DNA of 51,601 nt from Bacteroidales bacterium (GCA_003520925.1 DOTV01000196.1:1-51601), one strand, 5' to 3'. Positions 38,095-48,615 are shown, counted from the first letter of the stretch. The notes: a model not told the origin generated them from the sequence alone. A program made the numbers and translations.

Positions 38095-39441
38095 ATGAAA
38101 AAGGAAATCCTTTCAGCTCTGATAATTATAATCTTCTTAGGTGGTTGTAAGTCTTCCGATAACGGAGAACTGACAGGAGTCGCTGGGAGAAAAAATTTCT
38201 TTGAGCCTGAACCATTCGAAATGGCATTCATTCCTGCCGGTAGCTTCACCATGGGACCAAGTGATCAGGATGCGGTGTTTGCACAGAACAGCATCTCTAA
38301 GGTAGTTACAGTTGAGGCATTCTGGATGGACCAGACTGAAATTACAAATAATAAGTATCGTCAGTTTGTATATTATGTGAGGGATTCCATTCTGAGAACA
38401 AAGCTCGGTGAGGCACAGGTTCCCGACCGTGAATATTTTGTAACCGACAAGGAAGGTAATCCTGTTGAACCTCCGGTTATCAACTGGCAGGAAAAGATTG
38501 ATCCTGAAGAAGAGACAACAGCTGCTGTTCTTGAAGAAATGTACTATCCTCCCGAAGAGAGATTCAACGGCAAAAAGCAGATTGATGTCAGGAAACTTAA
38601 TTACACGTATTTCTGGGTTGATTATCAGCAGGCTGCAAAAGCAAAATATGTCAATGACTATGCCAATAACACATGGAAATATGTAGGACAGGTTATCGAC
38701 CGCAACGGAAATGTCACACCTGTTAAGGACCGTTCCTCTTTCATAAGGCATGATACAATTAATATATATCCTGATACTCTTTGCTGGATAAGGGACTTTA
38801 CATATTCATTCAATGATCCGCAGGCGGACCTTTACTTCTGGCATCCGTCGTTCGACGACTACCCTGTTGTTGGTGTTTCATGGCCTCAGGCAACTGCGTT
38901 CAGCAGGTGGAGAACTGACTATATGAATACTGCCCTAAGGAAAAATGGCATTGCCGATGTACAGGCTTACAGGCTTCCCCTTGAAACAGAATGGGAATAT
39001 GCTGCAAGAGGCGGACTTGACCTTTCGATGTACCCATGGGGCGGACCTTATACCAGAAACTACCAGGGTTGTTTCCTTGCCAACTTTAAACCATTACGCG
39101 GAAACTATATCGACGACGGTACAGTATACAGCGCTAAGGTAGGATCGTATGAACCCAACGAATATGGTTTGTTTGATATGTCGGGTAATGTTGCCGAGTG
39201 GACTCTCTGTGCATATCACCCATCAGCATATATATTCCAGCACGATCTTAACCCGAATTATGAATACAATGCACGTCCGCAGGATCCTCCTGTACTCAAA
39301 CGCAAAGTTATTAGGGGTGGTTCATGGAAGGACATTGCTTATTTCCTTCAGACAAGTGCAAGGGATTATGAATATCAGGATTCAACAAAATCTTACATCG
39401 GGTTTCGTAATGTAAGATCTTATATCGGAGTAAATCAATAA
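38095..39441 (+). CDS. gldK: T9SS/gliding lipoprotein GldK/PorK
   Basis: Lipobox LGGC, GELTGV, FWMDQTEITN..YRQFV..VRDS, YFWHP..DDYPVVGVSW, ANFKPLRGNY, RGGSWKD. Confidence 0.95.
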   Translation: MKKEILSALIIIIFLGGCKSSDNGELTGVAGRKNFFEPEPFEMAFIPAGSFTMGPSDQDAVFAQNSISKVVTVEAFWMDQTEITNNKYRQFVYYVRDSILRTKLGEAQVPDREYFVTDKEGNPVEPPVINWQEKIDPEEETTAAVLEEMYYPPEERFNGKKQIDVRKLNYTYFWVDYQQAAKAKYVNDYANNTWKYVGQVIDRNGNVTPVKDRSSFIRHDTINIYPDTLCWIRDFTYSFNDPQADLYFWHPSFDDYPVVGVSWPQATAFSRWRTDYMNTALRKNGIADVQAYRLPLETEWEYAARGGLDLSMYPWGGPYTRNYQGCFLANFKPLRGNYIDDGTVYSAKVGSYEPNEYGLFDMSGNVAEWTLCAYHPSAYIFQHDLNPNYEYNARPQDPPVLKRKVIRGGSWKDIAYFLQTSARDYEYQDSTKSYIGFRNVRSYIGVNQ

Positions 39442-39474
39442 AAAATTAATATAACCTTTTAAAAAACCAGGTAT

Positions 39475-40365
39475 ATGAGCCTAGCAGAAATAGTACAGTC
39501 AAGCGGATGGAAGAACTTCATGGCCAAATTATATGGTATTGGTGCTTCTGTCGTAATCGTTGGTGCATTGTTTAAAATACAGCACTGGACAGGTGCAGGA
39601 CTAATGCTGACAATTGGTCTGTTCACTGAAGCAGTTATCTTCTTCTTTTCAGCATTCGAACCTCTTCATGAAGAGGTTGACTGGACGCTTGTTTATCCTG
39701 AGCTTGCCGGCATTCCGGAAGAAGAACCGGGATCTCAGGCAAAAGGTGTTGGAGGTGGCGGATATGGCGGTGCTATTGGCAGCAGCAGCGGCGGCGGTGC
39801 CGGAAGCGGTTCTTATGCACTTTCAAAATTTGATGAGATGCTGCAGAGCGCTGATATCACACCTGAACTATTTCAGAAACTTGGCGTTGGAATGAAGAAA
39901 TTCAGCGAATCAACAACCAATCTAAGCCTCATGGGCGATATCTCAGCCACTTCTTCAAAATACATGAATACAGTCCAGGCTGCCAATGACGCCCTCGGAC
40001 GATTGACGGATACATATCAGTCAACTGCCAGAATAATAAATGAATCTAACTCCAATTATGGTAAACTGACTGAGTCATATTCGGTGATCGAATCAGGTGG
40101 AAAAACATATAAGCAGCAGCTGGAATTGCTCAATAAAAATCTTTCAGCCCTTAATACTGTTTACGAACTTCAACGTAAAGGAGTCGATGACCATATAAAG
40201 GATTCTGAATCCCTTTATAAAAATATCCAGGGTCTTATGAAGGATCTTTCGGATTCAGCCGGTGATTCTAAAAAATATCGTGAACAGATCACCAAACTCA
40301 ACGATAACCTGGCAGCATTGAATAATGTCTATGGAAATATGCTTGCTGCAATGAATGTTAAATAG
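39475..40365 (+). CDS. gldL: T9SS motor subunit GldL/PorL
   Basis: YGIGASVVIVGALFKIQHW, TEAVIFFFSAFEP (conserved TM Glu), DWTLVYPEL, LNNVYGNMLAAM. Confidence 0.96.
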   Translation: MSLAEIVQSSGWKNFMAKLYGIGASVVIVGALFKIQHWTGAGLMLTIGLFTEAVIFFFSAFEPLHEEVDWTLVYPELAGIPEEEPGSQAKGVGGGGYGGAIGSSSGGGAGSGSYALSKFDEMLQSADITPELFQKLGVGMKKFSESTTNLSLMGDISATSSKYMNTVQAANDALGRLTDTYQSTARIINESNSNYGKLTESYSVIESGGKTYKQQLELLNKNLSALNTVYELQRKGVDDHIKDSESLYKNIQGLMKDLSDSAGDSKKYREQITKLNDNLAALNNVYGNMLAAMNVK

Positions 40366-40401
40366 CGTGACATTTTAATATATAACTAAACAACCCTAGA
40401 A

Positions 40402-42000
40402 ATGGCTCACGAGAGGCTATCACCACGGCAAAAGATGATCGGTATGATGTACCTGATTCTTACCGCCATGCTTGCACTTAACGTATCAAAGGAGGCCGTT
40501 GAAGCATTCAAGAAAGTTGACAAGAGTCTTACTACTACACTGGCCAACTACGTTATCAAGAATAATCTTATTTACGAGGAATTTAATAAGGCTGCATCAG
40601 AAAATCCCACAAAGGCAGGGAAATACAGAACCACTGCCATGGAAGTAAAAAGTCGTTCTGACGAAATATCCCAATTTATTCAGGATCTTAAGGTTGAGAT
40701 TATTACGGAAGCGGAGGGTACTGAATCTGAGGCGCTTGCTGGCAACGTGATAGATATTGAAAAGGTAAAGAGATTTGATGACAACAATGTCCCCTCGCAG
40801 ATTTTGATCGGGGCCAATGAAAATGGCAAAGCAAGCACCCTGAAAGCTCTGATGAACGATTATCGTGAATTCCTTATCTCTACACTCGATGGAAAGAATC
40901 CAAGTGCTGAAGATGCTCTCCGTAAAAGTTTAAATACTGACGACGGACACGATCCGGACGGCCAGCCTTCGAAGTGGGAAAACGTTACTTTCCAGCTCCT
41001 TCCACTGGTGGCAGTTGAAACCATCCTTTCAAAAATGCAGGTTGATGTCAGGAACGCTGAGACTGAAGTATTGAATCATCTTTATACACAGATTGATGCC
41101 GGCTCATTCAAAGTAAACAAGATCGTCGCAAACGTCGTTCCTGTATCCAGCTATGTAACCCAGGGTGGTGATTACGAGGCAAGGGTATTTATTTCTGCAA
41201 TCGATTCAACGCAGAAACCTATTGTTAAAGTAAACGGGACTGAACTTCCGGTTGATGAATCGGGCAAGGGAGTATATAAAGTACGTGCCTCCTCAACCGG
41301 ACCGAAAAAATGGGGGGGGGTAATATCCCTCAAGAATCCTTCCGGTGTCATGGTGGATTATCCATTTGATGGATCTTATTATGTGGGAGAACCCAATGTG
41401 GTTGTATCGCCTACAGCAATGAACGTTATGTACAAGGGCATTCAGAACCCAATTGACGTTTCTGTTCCTGGTGTCAGCCCCGATAAAATAAAGATCAGAG
41501 TGGTTAACGGCACACAAACTACCCAGAAGGTTAAAAACTCCAAAGGAGAAAATTTCAGGGGAAACTGGGCAGTTAATCCAACCACAGTCGGTCAGAATGT
41601 CCAGGTAATTGTGTCAGTGACTGATGCATCCAACAAAGGTACAACATTTGCTCCCATTGAGTTCAGGGTAAAGCCAGTTCCAGCTCCAATAGCTACATTC
41701 GGAGGAAAAAGCACGGGTACAATTGCTAAAAACACAGCAGCTGCCCAGACGGGAGTTTATGCATCACTTCCTGATTTCGAATTTGACCTTGTATATAAGA
41801 TCACCTCTTTTACAGTACTTTATACTGACAGCCGGGGTGACTTTGAGGAACCAAGTACAAACAATACGCTTACCCCGAAGCAGAAAGATCTTATCACGAA
41901 GCTTGCGCGAGGCAAGAACCTTTTCATAAAGGATATCAAATGTCTTGCTCCTGATGGAAGAACACTGGATCTGAACCCGATAATATTAAAGATAGACTAG
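40402..42000 (+). CDS. gldM: T9SS motor subunit GldM/PorM
   Basis: SPRQKMIGMMYLILTAMLALNVS, MNVMYKGIQNPI.VSVPG. Confidence 0.96.
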   Translation: MAHERLSPRQKMIGMMYLILTAMLALNVSKEAVEAFKKVDKSLTTTLANYVIKNNLIYEEFNKAASENPTKAGKYRTTAMEVKSRSDEISQFIQDLKVEIITEAEGTESEALAGNVIDIEKVKRFDDNNVPSQILIGANENGKASTLKALMNDYREFLISTLDGKNPSAEDALRKSLNTDDGHDPDGQPSKWENVTFQLLPLVAVETILSKMQVDVRNAETEVLNHLYTQIDAGSFKVNKIVANVVPVSSYVTQGGDYEARVFISAIDSTQKPIVKVNGTELPVDESGKGVYKVRASSTGPKKWGGVISLKNPSGVMVDYPFDGSYYVGEPNVVVSPTAMNVMYKGIQNPIDVSVPGVSPDKIKIRVVNGTQTTQKVKNSKGENFRGNWAVNPTTVGQNVQVIVSVTDASNKGTTFAPIEFRVKPVPAPIATFGGKSTGTIAKNTAAAQTGVYASLPDFEFDLVYKITSFTVLYTDSRGDFEEPSTNNTLTPKQKDLITKLARGKNLFIKDIKCLAPDGRTLDLNPIILKID

Positions 42001-42018
42001 TAAATAAATATTAACAAT

Positions 42019-42843
42019 ATGAATAAGAAAATTCTTTTTGGAATTATCGTCCTTGCAATCGGCAGTATGGCTAATGCACAGTCATTTGGCGATATATACC
42101 AGAAATCAATAACTGATAACAAGAAGATCAACTATCCCTTCCTAAGGGAAGCCGATGTGATCTGGTCGAAGAAAATATGGCGTCTTATCGACCTCAGGGA
42201 GAAGATAAACCAGCCATTGTACTATCCGTTAAAAACTACGCAGGACGGCAGAAAAAGCCTGATCACTATAATACTTGAAGAGATCCGTGCCGGACGGCTG
42301 GAAGCTTTTTCGGCTCTGGATTCAAATCTGCCAACAACTTATGACGATATTGAAATAAATATGGGGGCTAAAACCAAAACCCAGTCAATTCAGATAAATG
42401 CTGAGGGTCAGACAAAAGATACAGTAATTACCGATGCTGCAAAACCTGAGGAGGTTAAACAGCTCCTTGTGTATGAAGAATGGTATTTCGATAAAAAGCT
42501 GTCAAGGCTCGATGTAAGAATCATCGGTATGATGCCCTACTGGATGGGTTATGACAATGATGCCGGGCGTGCTTTGAGGAAACCGTTGTTCTGGGTTAAA
42601 TATGACGACTTAAGGGATGCACTTGCAAAACAGGAAGCTTTCCTTGCCAGCAACGATGCCCAAAGGATCTCATTTGATGATCTTTTTATGCAGAGAAGAT
42701 TCGGGAGCGTGATTTTCGGTGAATCCAACGTGTTTGACGATCGTCAGATCAATGATTATACTGTTGGTAAATCAACACTGTTTGAAGCTGAACGCATTAA
42801 AACAGAACTGTTCAACTTTGAACACGACCTATGGGAGTTTTAG
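42019..42843 (+). CDS. gldN: T9SS/gliding protein GldN/PorN
   Basis: [53 protein letters not shown]. Confidence 0.94.
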   Translation: MNKKILFGIIVLAIGSMANAQSFGDIYQKSITDNKKINYPFLREADVIWSKKIWRLIDLREKINQPLYYPLKTTQDGRKSLITIILEEIRAGRLEAFSALDSNLPTTYDDIEINMGAKTKTQSIQINAEGQTKDTVITDAAKPEEVKQLLVYEEWYFDKKLSRLDVRIIGMMPYWMGYDNDAGRALRKPLFWVKYDDLRDALAKQEAFLASNDAQRISFDDLFMQRRFGSVIFGESNVFDDRQINDYTVGKSTLFEAERIKTELFNFEHDLWEF

Positions 42844-42856
42844 ACCTTTGACATAG

Positions 42857-42883
42857 AAAAGGCTGCCGCGGCAGCCTTTTTTT
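42857..42883 (+). terminator. Intrinsic terminator of the porP-gldKLMN operon (possibly bidirectional)
   Basis: Perfect 24-bp palindrome AAAAGGCTGCCGCGGCAGCCTTTT extended to T7, 13 nt after the gldN stop. Confidence 0.9.
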
Positions 42884-42885
42884 AT

Positions 42886-42955
42886 GCCCCTATATCCCCT
42901 TAAGGGGACTTTTAGAATTACAGCATTGTTAAACCCCCTTCAGGGGGCAGGGGGC
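42886..42955. repeat. Bipartite REP/REPIN-like palindrome, copy D
   Basis: GCCCCTATATCCCCTTAAGGGGACTT ... AAACCCCCTTCAGGGGGCAGGGGGC, abutting the manC stop codon. Confidence 0.8.
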
Positions 42956-44040
42956 TATTGAAATTTCTCCCCGGTTGCGTTTTTCACATCCTCAAGGTAG
43001 TTTTTTATGCTCTGCTCCTCTTCCTTTTTTACTATAAGAAGAACATCCCCCGAATCGACAATGATATAATCCTTTAAACCCTGGACAACAGCAATCTTGC
43101 CGGGTGCAATGTTAAAGATATTTCCCCTGCTGTCGTATGAGAATACTTCGCCTCTTACCTTGGAGTTTCCTTTTTTGTCAACTTTCGAATGCTCATGAAG
43201 AGAGCTCCATGTTCCCAGATCCGACCAGCCGATATCGGTACACATTACATATACATTATCAGCCTTCTCCATTATACCGTAGTCGATCGATATGCTCCGG
43301 CACTGTGCATAGGTTTTGCTAATGAATTTTGTCTCCAGCTTTGTCCCGAAACTATCCCTGCCTTCATCGAAAGCAGAGAACATCTCCGGAAGGTGTTTTT
43401 CAAAGGCACTCAGAATCGATTTTATATTCCAGATGAATATCCCTGAGTTCCAGTAAAAATCACCGCTCTCAAGAAACACTTTAGCCAGCTCAATATCAGG
43501 CTTTTCAGTAAAGGTTTTAACCTTCATAAGGTTAGTGAAGCCGGCTGCACTCTTTTTACGGTCAGCCTGAATATAACCATATCCCGTTTCAGGTCTGTCG
43601 GGCTTTATTCCAAGTGTGAGGAGAGCATTGTTCTTTTCAGCAAATTCAAAGCTCTTCTTTATTACATCAACAAATTTGTCTTCTTTAATAATCAGATGAT
43701 CAGCGGGAGTAACAGCGATAACCGCGTCGGGATTCTCCTTCAATATTCTGAATGTTCCGTAAGCCAGACATGGAGCTGTGTTTCGCCTGAATGGCTCAGA
43801 AAGAATATTGGGCTGATCTATATCTATCTGTTCTGCTACAATATCCTTATGTTCAGTACTGGTGACAACATAAATATTCTCTTTCCCGCAGATAGATCTG
43901 AACCGTCTGAAAGTCTGCTGCAATAAAGTTTCTCCGTTTCCGAGGATATCGAGGAACTGCTTAGGTCTTTCAAGACGGCTCATGGGCCAGAAACGGCTTC
44001 CTACTCCACCAGCCATTATTATTACATACCTGTTGTCCAT
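42955..44040 (-). CDS. manC: Mannose-1-phosphate guanylyltransferase
   Basis: IMAGGVGSRFWPMSR..RPKQF, RNTAP, ETGYGYI, FTEKPD, WNSGIF, SIDYGIMEK, WSDLGTW. Start at 44040 or 44046. Confidence 0.94.
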   Translation of the reverse strand: MDNRYVIIMAGGVGSRFWPMSRLERPKQFLDILGNGETLLQQTFRRFRSICGKENIYVVTSTEHKDIVAEQIDIDQPNILSEPFRRNTAPCLAYGTFRILKENPDAVIAVTPADHLIIKEDKFVDVIKKSFEFAEKNNALLTLGIKPDRPETGYGYIQADRKKSAAGFTNLMKVKTFTEKPDIELAKVFLESGDFYWNSGIFIWNIKSILSAFEKHLPEMFSAFDEGRDSFGTKLETKFISKTYAQCRSISIDYGIMEKADNVYVMCTDIGWSDLGTWSSLHEHSKVDKKGNSKVRGEVFSYDSRGNIFNIAPGKIAVVQGLKDYIIVDSGDVLLIVKKEEEQSIKNYLEDVKNATGEKFQ

Positions 44041-44072
44041 AAGCATTTGTAAAATTTCTGATAAATGTTTTG

Positions 44073-44080
44073 CAAATATA
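44073..44080 (-). promoter_or_regulatory. -7 box (TATATTTG) for manC
   Basis: Exact TAnnTTTG match inside the ORF-track N-terminal extension. Confidence 0.6.
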
Positions 44081-44164
44081 TAATTATTTGACCAATCCCG
44101 ATTTACCCTCCCTGCCGGAATTACCATAAATATTTGTAATTTTACCCATCATTATTAGTTAACC

Positions 44165-44908
44165 ATGATTAAGTTTTTAGAGCAGTTTGGCAATTATTTT
44201 CTGCTTCTTAAAAAAGTTTTTTCCAAGCCCGAAAAGCCTTATGTTTATTATAAGCAGACAATGCATGAAATGGTTTTTCTGGGCCTCAATTCTGTTGGAA
44301 TAATAACAGTAATATCCTTCTTTATGGGCGCTGTTATCACCCTGCAAACTGCATATAATACTGAGAACCCCATTTATCCTACCTATCTTATAGGACTTGG
44401 CTGCCGCGACTCAATATTACTTGAGTTCTCATCCACGATTGCAGCACTGATCCTTGCAGGTAAAGTAGGGTCAAGTATTGCATCTGAGATTGGTACCATG
44501 AGGGTTACCGAACAGATCGACGCACTCGAGATTATGGGAGTCAACTCTGCTTCTTACCTTATTCTTCCCAAGATAATTGCAACTCTCGTATTTAATCCCT
44601 TTCTCACCCTTATAAGCATTTCTGTGGGAATTGTCGGAGGATGGATTGCCGGTACAACTGCGGGGGTTATAACATCCGAAGATTATATTTATGGCATTCA
44701 GTATGCATTTATCCCTTATTATGTGACCTATGCCATAATTAAAACACTATTCTTCGCTTTCATAATAACTACAGTATCTGCCTATCACGGATACAAGATC
44801 GAAGGCGGATCGCTTGAAGTAGGTCAGGCAAGTACAAAAGCAGTAGTTCACAGCAGCATCATTATTCTGCTTTTCAATGTAATTTTAACACAACTTCTGC
44901 TCTCATGA
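44165..44908 (+). CDS. mlaE: MlaE-family ABC transporter permease
   Basis: AGKVGSSIASEIGTMRVTEQIDALEIMG, GQASTKAVV. Confidence 0.9.
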   Translation: MIKFLEQFGNYFLLLKKVFSKPEKPYVYYKQTMHEMVFLGLNSVGIITVISFFMGAVITLQTAYNTENPIYPTYLIGLGCRDSILLEFSSTIAALILAGKVGSSIASEIGTMRVTEQIDALEIMGVNSASYLILPKIIATLVFNPFLTLISISVGIVGGWIAGTTAGVITSEDYIYGIQYAFIPYYVTYAIIKTLFFAFIITTVSAYHGYKIEGGSLEVGQASTKAVVHSSIIILLFNVILTQLLLS

Positions 44909-45663
44909 TCAGGGTAATTGACCTCAACAAATCGTTTAACGATAAGCCTATTCTGAGCGATATTTCTGTTTCATTCGAAGCTGGAAAAACGAACCTTATT
45001 ATCGGCCGGAGCGGTTCAGGTAAAACTGTCCTCCTGAAATCCATCGTCGGGCTCCATGATATTGACAGCGGAGAGATCTGGTATGATGATCTGCTATTCA
45101 ATAAACTTGATTTTAAAGGCAAGAAAGAGATAAGGAAGGAAATGGGAATGCTTTTTCAGGGAAGCGCCTTGTTCGATTCGCTTACCGTGGAACAGAATGT
45201 AAGATTCCCCCTTGACATGTTCACGGAAAAGAGCGATGAGGAAAAAACCGATCGCGTTAATTTCTGCCTCGAAAGGGTTAATATTATCAACTCTAATAAA
45301 CTTCTCCCTTCAGAACTGTCGGGCGGAATGAAGAAAAGGGTTGCAATTGCCAGGGCAATATCGCTGAACCCTAAGTTCCTGTTTTGCGATGAACCCAATT
45401 CAGGCCTCGATCCGATAACCGCCATTCTGATTGATGAACTTATTAAGGAACTCACCGAGGAGTATTCAATGACTACAATCGTAAATACCCATGATATGAA
45501 TTCCGTGATGAAGATCGGTGAGAAGATAATCTTTTTAAGCGATGGCGTGAAATGCTGGGAAGGAAGCAGTAAGGAAATACTCGATTCAGATAATGAAATT
45601 CTTAATGATTTTGTATTTGCAAATGCCCTTGCAAAGCAATTAAGATCCTCTCTCAAAAAATAA
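44905..45663 (+). CDS. mlaF: MlaF-family ABC transporter ATPase
   Basis: GRSGSGKT, FQGSALFDS, LSGGMKKRVAIARA, DEPNSGLDP; ATGA overlap with mlaE. Confidence 0.9.
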   Translation: MIRVIDLNKSFNDKPILSDISVSFEAGKTNLIIGRSGSGKTVLLKSIVGLHDIDSGEIWYDDLLFNKLDFKGKKEIRKEMGMLFQGSALFDSLTVEQNVRFPLDMFTEKSDEEKTDRVNFCLERVNIINSNKLLPSELSGGMKKRVAIARAISLNPKFLFCDEPNSGLDPITAILIDELIKELTEEYSMTTIVNTHDMNSVMKIGEKIIFLSDGVKCWEGSSKEILDSDNEILNDFVFANALAKQLRSSLKK

Positions 45664-45665
45664 GG

Positions 45666-45851
45666 TTAGTCTACTTCCTCGTAATCTGTATACTCTCCTA
45701 TCTCTTTCGATACTCCTTTTGATTTTGTTGAGTCCTGGCGCTTTTGTTCCTGTTCCCGCCCACTGTTCATTTCTTCAAAATACCTGTTAAAAGACCTGAT
45801 AACCAGGTAGACTATGATACTTATTAAAATAAACCTTATAAGTAATGTCAT
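45666..45851 (-). CDS. Small single-pass membrane protein (DUF4834-like)
   Basis: N-terminal TM helix and C-terminal GEYTDYEEVD, typical of this Bacteroidota family. Confidence 0.7.
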   Translation of the reverse strand: MTLLIRFILISIIVYLVIRSFNRYFEEMNSGREQEQKRQDSTKSKGVSKEIGEYTDYEEVD

Positions 45852-45914
45852 TGCTATTATTAATTATTCGTTCTTTTTATCTGCTGCCTGTCATTTCCCA
45901 AGGCTGTTTTCTAT

Positions 45915-48590
45915 TCATTTCTGCGATATCTCAAGCTTGTAGTTATAAAGGAATCTGTCGGTCCCCCCGACAATAAGGTTCCATTCACCAGAGGAGGAAA
46001 GCTTTCCTATCGAAAACATTGATGCTCCCCTTAATGGAAATCCATCCATTATTTTTCCATTGCTGTCAACAAGATAGATAAGGTTCCCAACCGCATCAAA
46101 AACCCCTATTTTCCTGTTGGCTGATGAAAAGGTAAAATTAATTGGTCCGCCCAGCTTTGCCGAACCAAAATCCTTATTAAACATCTCTTTCCCGTTGTGA
46201 TCATAAAGATAGAGGATACCGTTGTCAATGAAAACATATTCGCTAAATCCATCTCCATCCGCATCAAAAAAATCGAATGAATGATCGGAGGTAAACTTTC
46301 TGATACTTAATTTCTTAACAACGCCGTTAAAACTGACGTTCTGTATTGTCCCGTCGGGGGAGGTGAATACAAGAGACGGTTCAGAGCCGGTTGTAAGACG
46401 TAGTGCTGATCCCTTTGCCCTTGTGACAACATCATTCAGTCTGAGCCTTACCTTGCCTGAACGATCCAGAAAATATACCGATGATTCATCGGCTACCACA
46501 ATAAAATCCTTTCCGGAGACTTTATAAAAACCTGCTTCTGCTGTTACATTACCGGCAGTTCTGAACGGCTCCCACCCTTTTACAACATTTCCTGATTTAT
46601 CGTATGTATATAGAAGTTTATCTTCTCCTGAAATGACCAGCCGGTATGTACTGTTGTTTTCATAATCAAAAAGTGCAAGCGGGTTTGTTGCAGGTGATCT
46701 TAATCTTACAGGATATCTTTCAACATAATTACCGTTACGATCGATAAGGTGAAGGTTGTTCCTGCCTGAGAAAAGCAACTGGTATTTACCGTTCCTGTAA
46801 TAATCTATCATATAAACCGAACCGATGATCCTCTCCTTAAGGGGGACTTTCCACAAAACCCTTCCTGCTGCATTGATGAGGTATGCATTATTCCTGGCGT
46901 CCTGAATGAAGATCTCCTTCGCCCCGGTATTGTGGTTTGTGAAAAAGAATGGTTTAATCCCTGCAACCGTATCCAGCAGCGTCTCCCATTCGGTTGTCGA
47001 CTCTTCCCTCACCATATCCTTATAGTTCACTGATAAGCTATTATAAATCATACCGTTAATTGGGGCCAGCTGAAAACCCACCGATTGAATTTTATTTAGC
47101 GAATTTTTGTTTGCCCTCAACCCGTCAGCAATATCCCGGCTAAAATATTCTGAGAAATAGTCTATACAATGTGCAGGGACACAATAAAACAGATATCCCG
47201 CTCTGCTGGCAACCATTTTCTCAAAGTCGCGGTACTGTGCATCGTTTGCCAGTGTCTTATTCAGCAGGTTATCATATAAAAGCCTTGAAACTGTAACCAA
47301 TGAATTACCCGTTATCATAAAGTTATCGAAAAAAGCACAATACAAATCATTGAATCCGGGTGCAAATCCAGGCAGTAAAGCTGAAAGAAGTCCTGCAGTA
47401 GCCATGAAGTAAACAGGTATCCTTGTCTGATCGTCAGGTCTGAAATAAGTTGTCTCAGTCTTTCCTCCAGTATGTTCAAGAAAGATATTTTCACACTGAA
47501 CACGGTTATTTAATTTATAGATTATTAATGAGTTTTGACTCACCGGATTATTTCTGATATCGATGTATGCACGCGTTATTTCATCCCCGAGAAAAGGCTT
47601 AAGCTTTCCTGCAAGACTTACAACCTGAACAGGCACAGAGCCGGGAATTTCTGTTTTTTCAAGTGGCATTAGAACCATCGACTCAAACATGGCAGTTGCT
47701 GAAGGAAGGATCTTATAAGTTTTAAATTCGACCGGCTGAACCGCTTTGAACCTGAAAAGTAATTCTGACGGATCACTGCTTTCACTGTATCCGCTAATGG
47801 AAACGCCACTTTCATCAATAAATATATCCCCGCCAGCGCTCTCTGCGAGCTTTGCAATCTTGTCTGCAGGAGAAAATCCACCCCTTGCAAATATTTTTGA
47901 AGCTGTATTTTCAAGATTCCCGAAAACCACGAATATTTTATCCTCATTTTTCCCCGAGGAAAGAAGTATCCTGGAAAATCCTGGTGCATTCCGTATATCT
48001 GTTCCAGGGAGATCCTGAAAAACAGTCTTTTTTATCAGACTTGCTGATGTGCTGCAGATCAATAATCCGGAATTTATCATAACAAACACCGTGTCATTCT
48101 GACCGTTCATGGCATAGGGAAGCCCTAAAATCCTCTTTCCTTCAGTCTTCTGTTCCAGTATTTCCCTTATTCCGGAAGCCTGGAGTGCCTCCTTCAACTG
48201 CCTGTATCCTGTCTCTGAGGGAAGGGTCTTGGAAAGAAAAGGGGTCATTCCCCCTTTTTCAGAAGGATGAAAAGAAATAATTGCGGTTCCTTCCTGAAGA
48301 ATCTTCTTAAACCCCGATTTATTTATCTGGTCTGCAAGGTATTTCAGCTTCGTACTGAATGTGCTTAACTCCTTAATATTCGCGATCTCCGAAAACAACC
48401 CCCTGTTGGTGGTGACTGAATTGACAAGATTTCTGAAATCAATGGTTTCTATGACAATACAGGCATCCTTGCCGATAACTTTATAAGGATCAGTAAACAG
48501 ATTCTTCCTGCTCTGATGAAGAAAATAACCGGCTAAAGCAACAGCGGAGACTAGAACAACCAGGGAAAATATTGCAATGCGTCTGGACAC
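45915..48590 (-). CDS. Large membrane-anchored hypothetical protein (DUF3352-like N-half, beta-propeller/FG-GAP-like C-half)
   Basis: 891-aa ORF; N-terminal hydrophobic anchor; repeated (L/Y)xD..G blade motifs; IDYYRNGKYQLLF, DADGDGFSE. Confidence 0.7.
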   Translation of the reverse strand: MSRRIAIFSLVVLVSAVALAGYFLHQSRKNLFTDPYKVIGKDACIVIETIDFRNLVNSVTTNRGLFSEIANIKELSTFSTKLKYLADQINKSGFKKILQEGTAIISFHPSEKGGMTPFLSKTLPSETGYRQLKEALQASGIREILEQKTEGKRILGLPYAMNGQNDTVFVMINSGLLICSTSASLIKKTVFQDLPGTDIRNAPGFSRILLSSGKNEDKIFVVFGNLENTASKIFARGGFSPADKIAKLAESAGGDIFIDESGVSISGYSESSDPSELLFRFKAVQPVEFKTYKILPSATAMFESMVLMPLEKTEIPGSVPVQVVSLAGKLKPFLGDEITRAYIDIRNNPVSQNSLIIYKLNNRVQCENIFLEHTGGKTETTYFRPDDQTRIPVYFMATAGLLSALLPGFAPGFNDLYCAFFDNFMITGNSLVTVSRLLYDNLLNKTLANDAQYRDFEKMVASRAGYLFYCVPAHCIDYFSEYFSRDIADGLRANKNSLNKIQSVGFQLAPINGMIYNSLSVNYKDMVREESTTEWETLLDTVAGIKPFFFTNHNTGAKEIFIQDARNNAYLINAAGRVLWKVPLKERIIGSVYMIDYYRNGKYQLLFSGRNNLHLIDRNGNYVERYPVRLRSPATNPLALFDYENNSTYRLVISGEDKLLYTYDKSGNVVKGWEPFRTAGNVTAEAGFYKVSGKDFIVVADESSVYFLDRSGKVRLRLNDVVTRAKGSALRLTTGSEPSLVFTSPDGTIQNVSFNGVVKKLSIRKFTSDHSFDFFDADGDGFSEYVFIDNGILYLYDHNGKEMFNKDFGSAKLGGPINFTFSSANRKIGVFDAVGNLIYLVDSNGKIMDGFPLRGASMFSIGKLSSSGEWNLIVGGTDRFLYNYKLEISQK

Positions 48591-48615
48591 CTTATAACAG
48601 TATTATTCCGTTTCT

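Noticed and set aside
38095..39441. Formylglycine-generating enzyme (SUMF1) call
   Set aside because: The fold is shared, but the lipobox, GldK-specific motifs and porP-gldL-M-N context identify GldK.
39721..39815. Gly/Ser-rich segment of GldL as an insertion element
   Set aside because: In-frame low-complexity linker after the TM region, a variable part of GldL/PorL; no terminal repeats.
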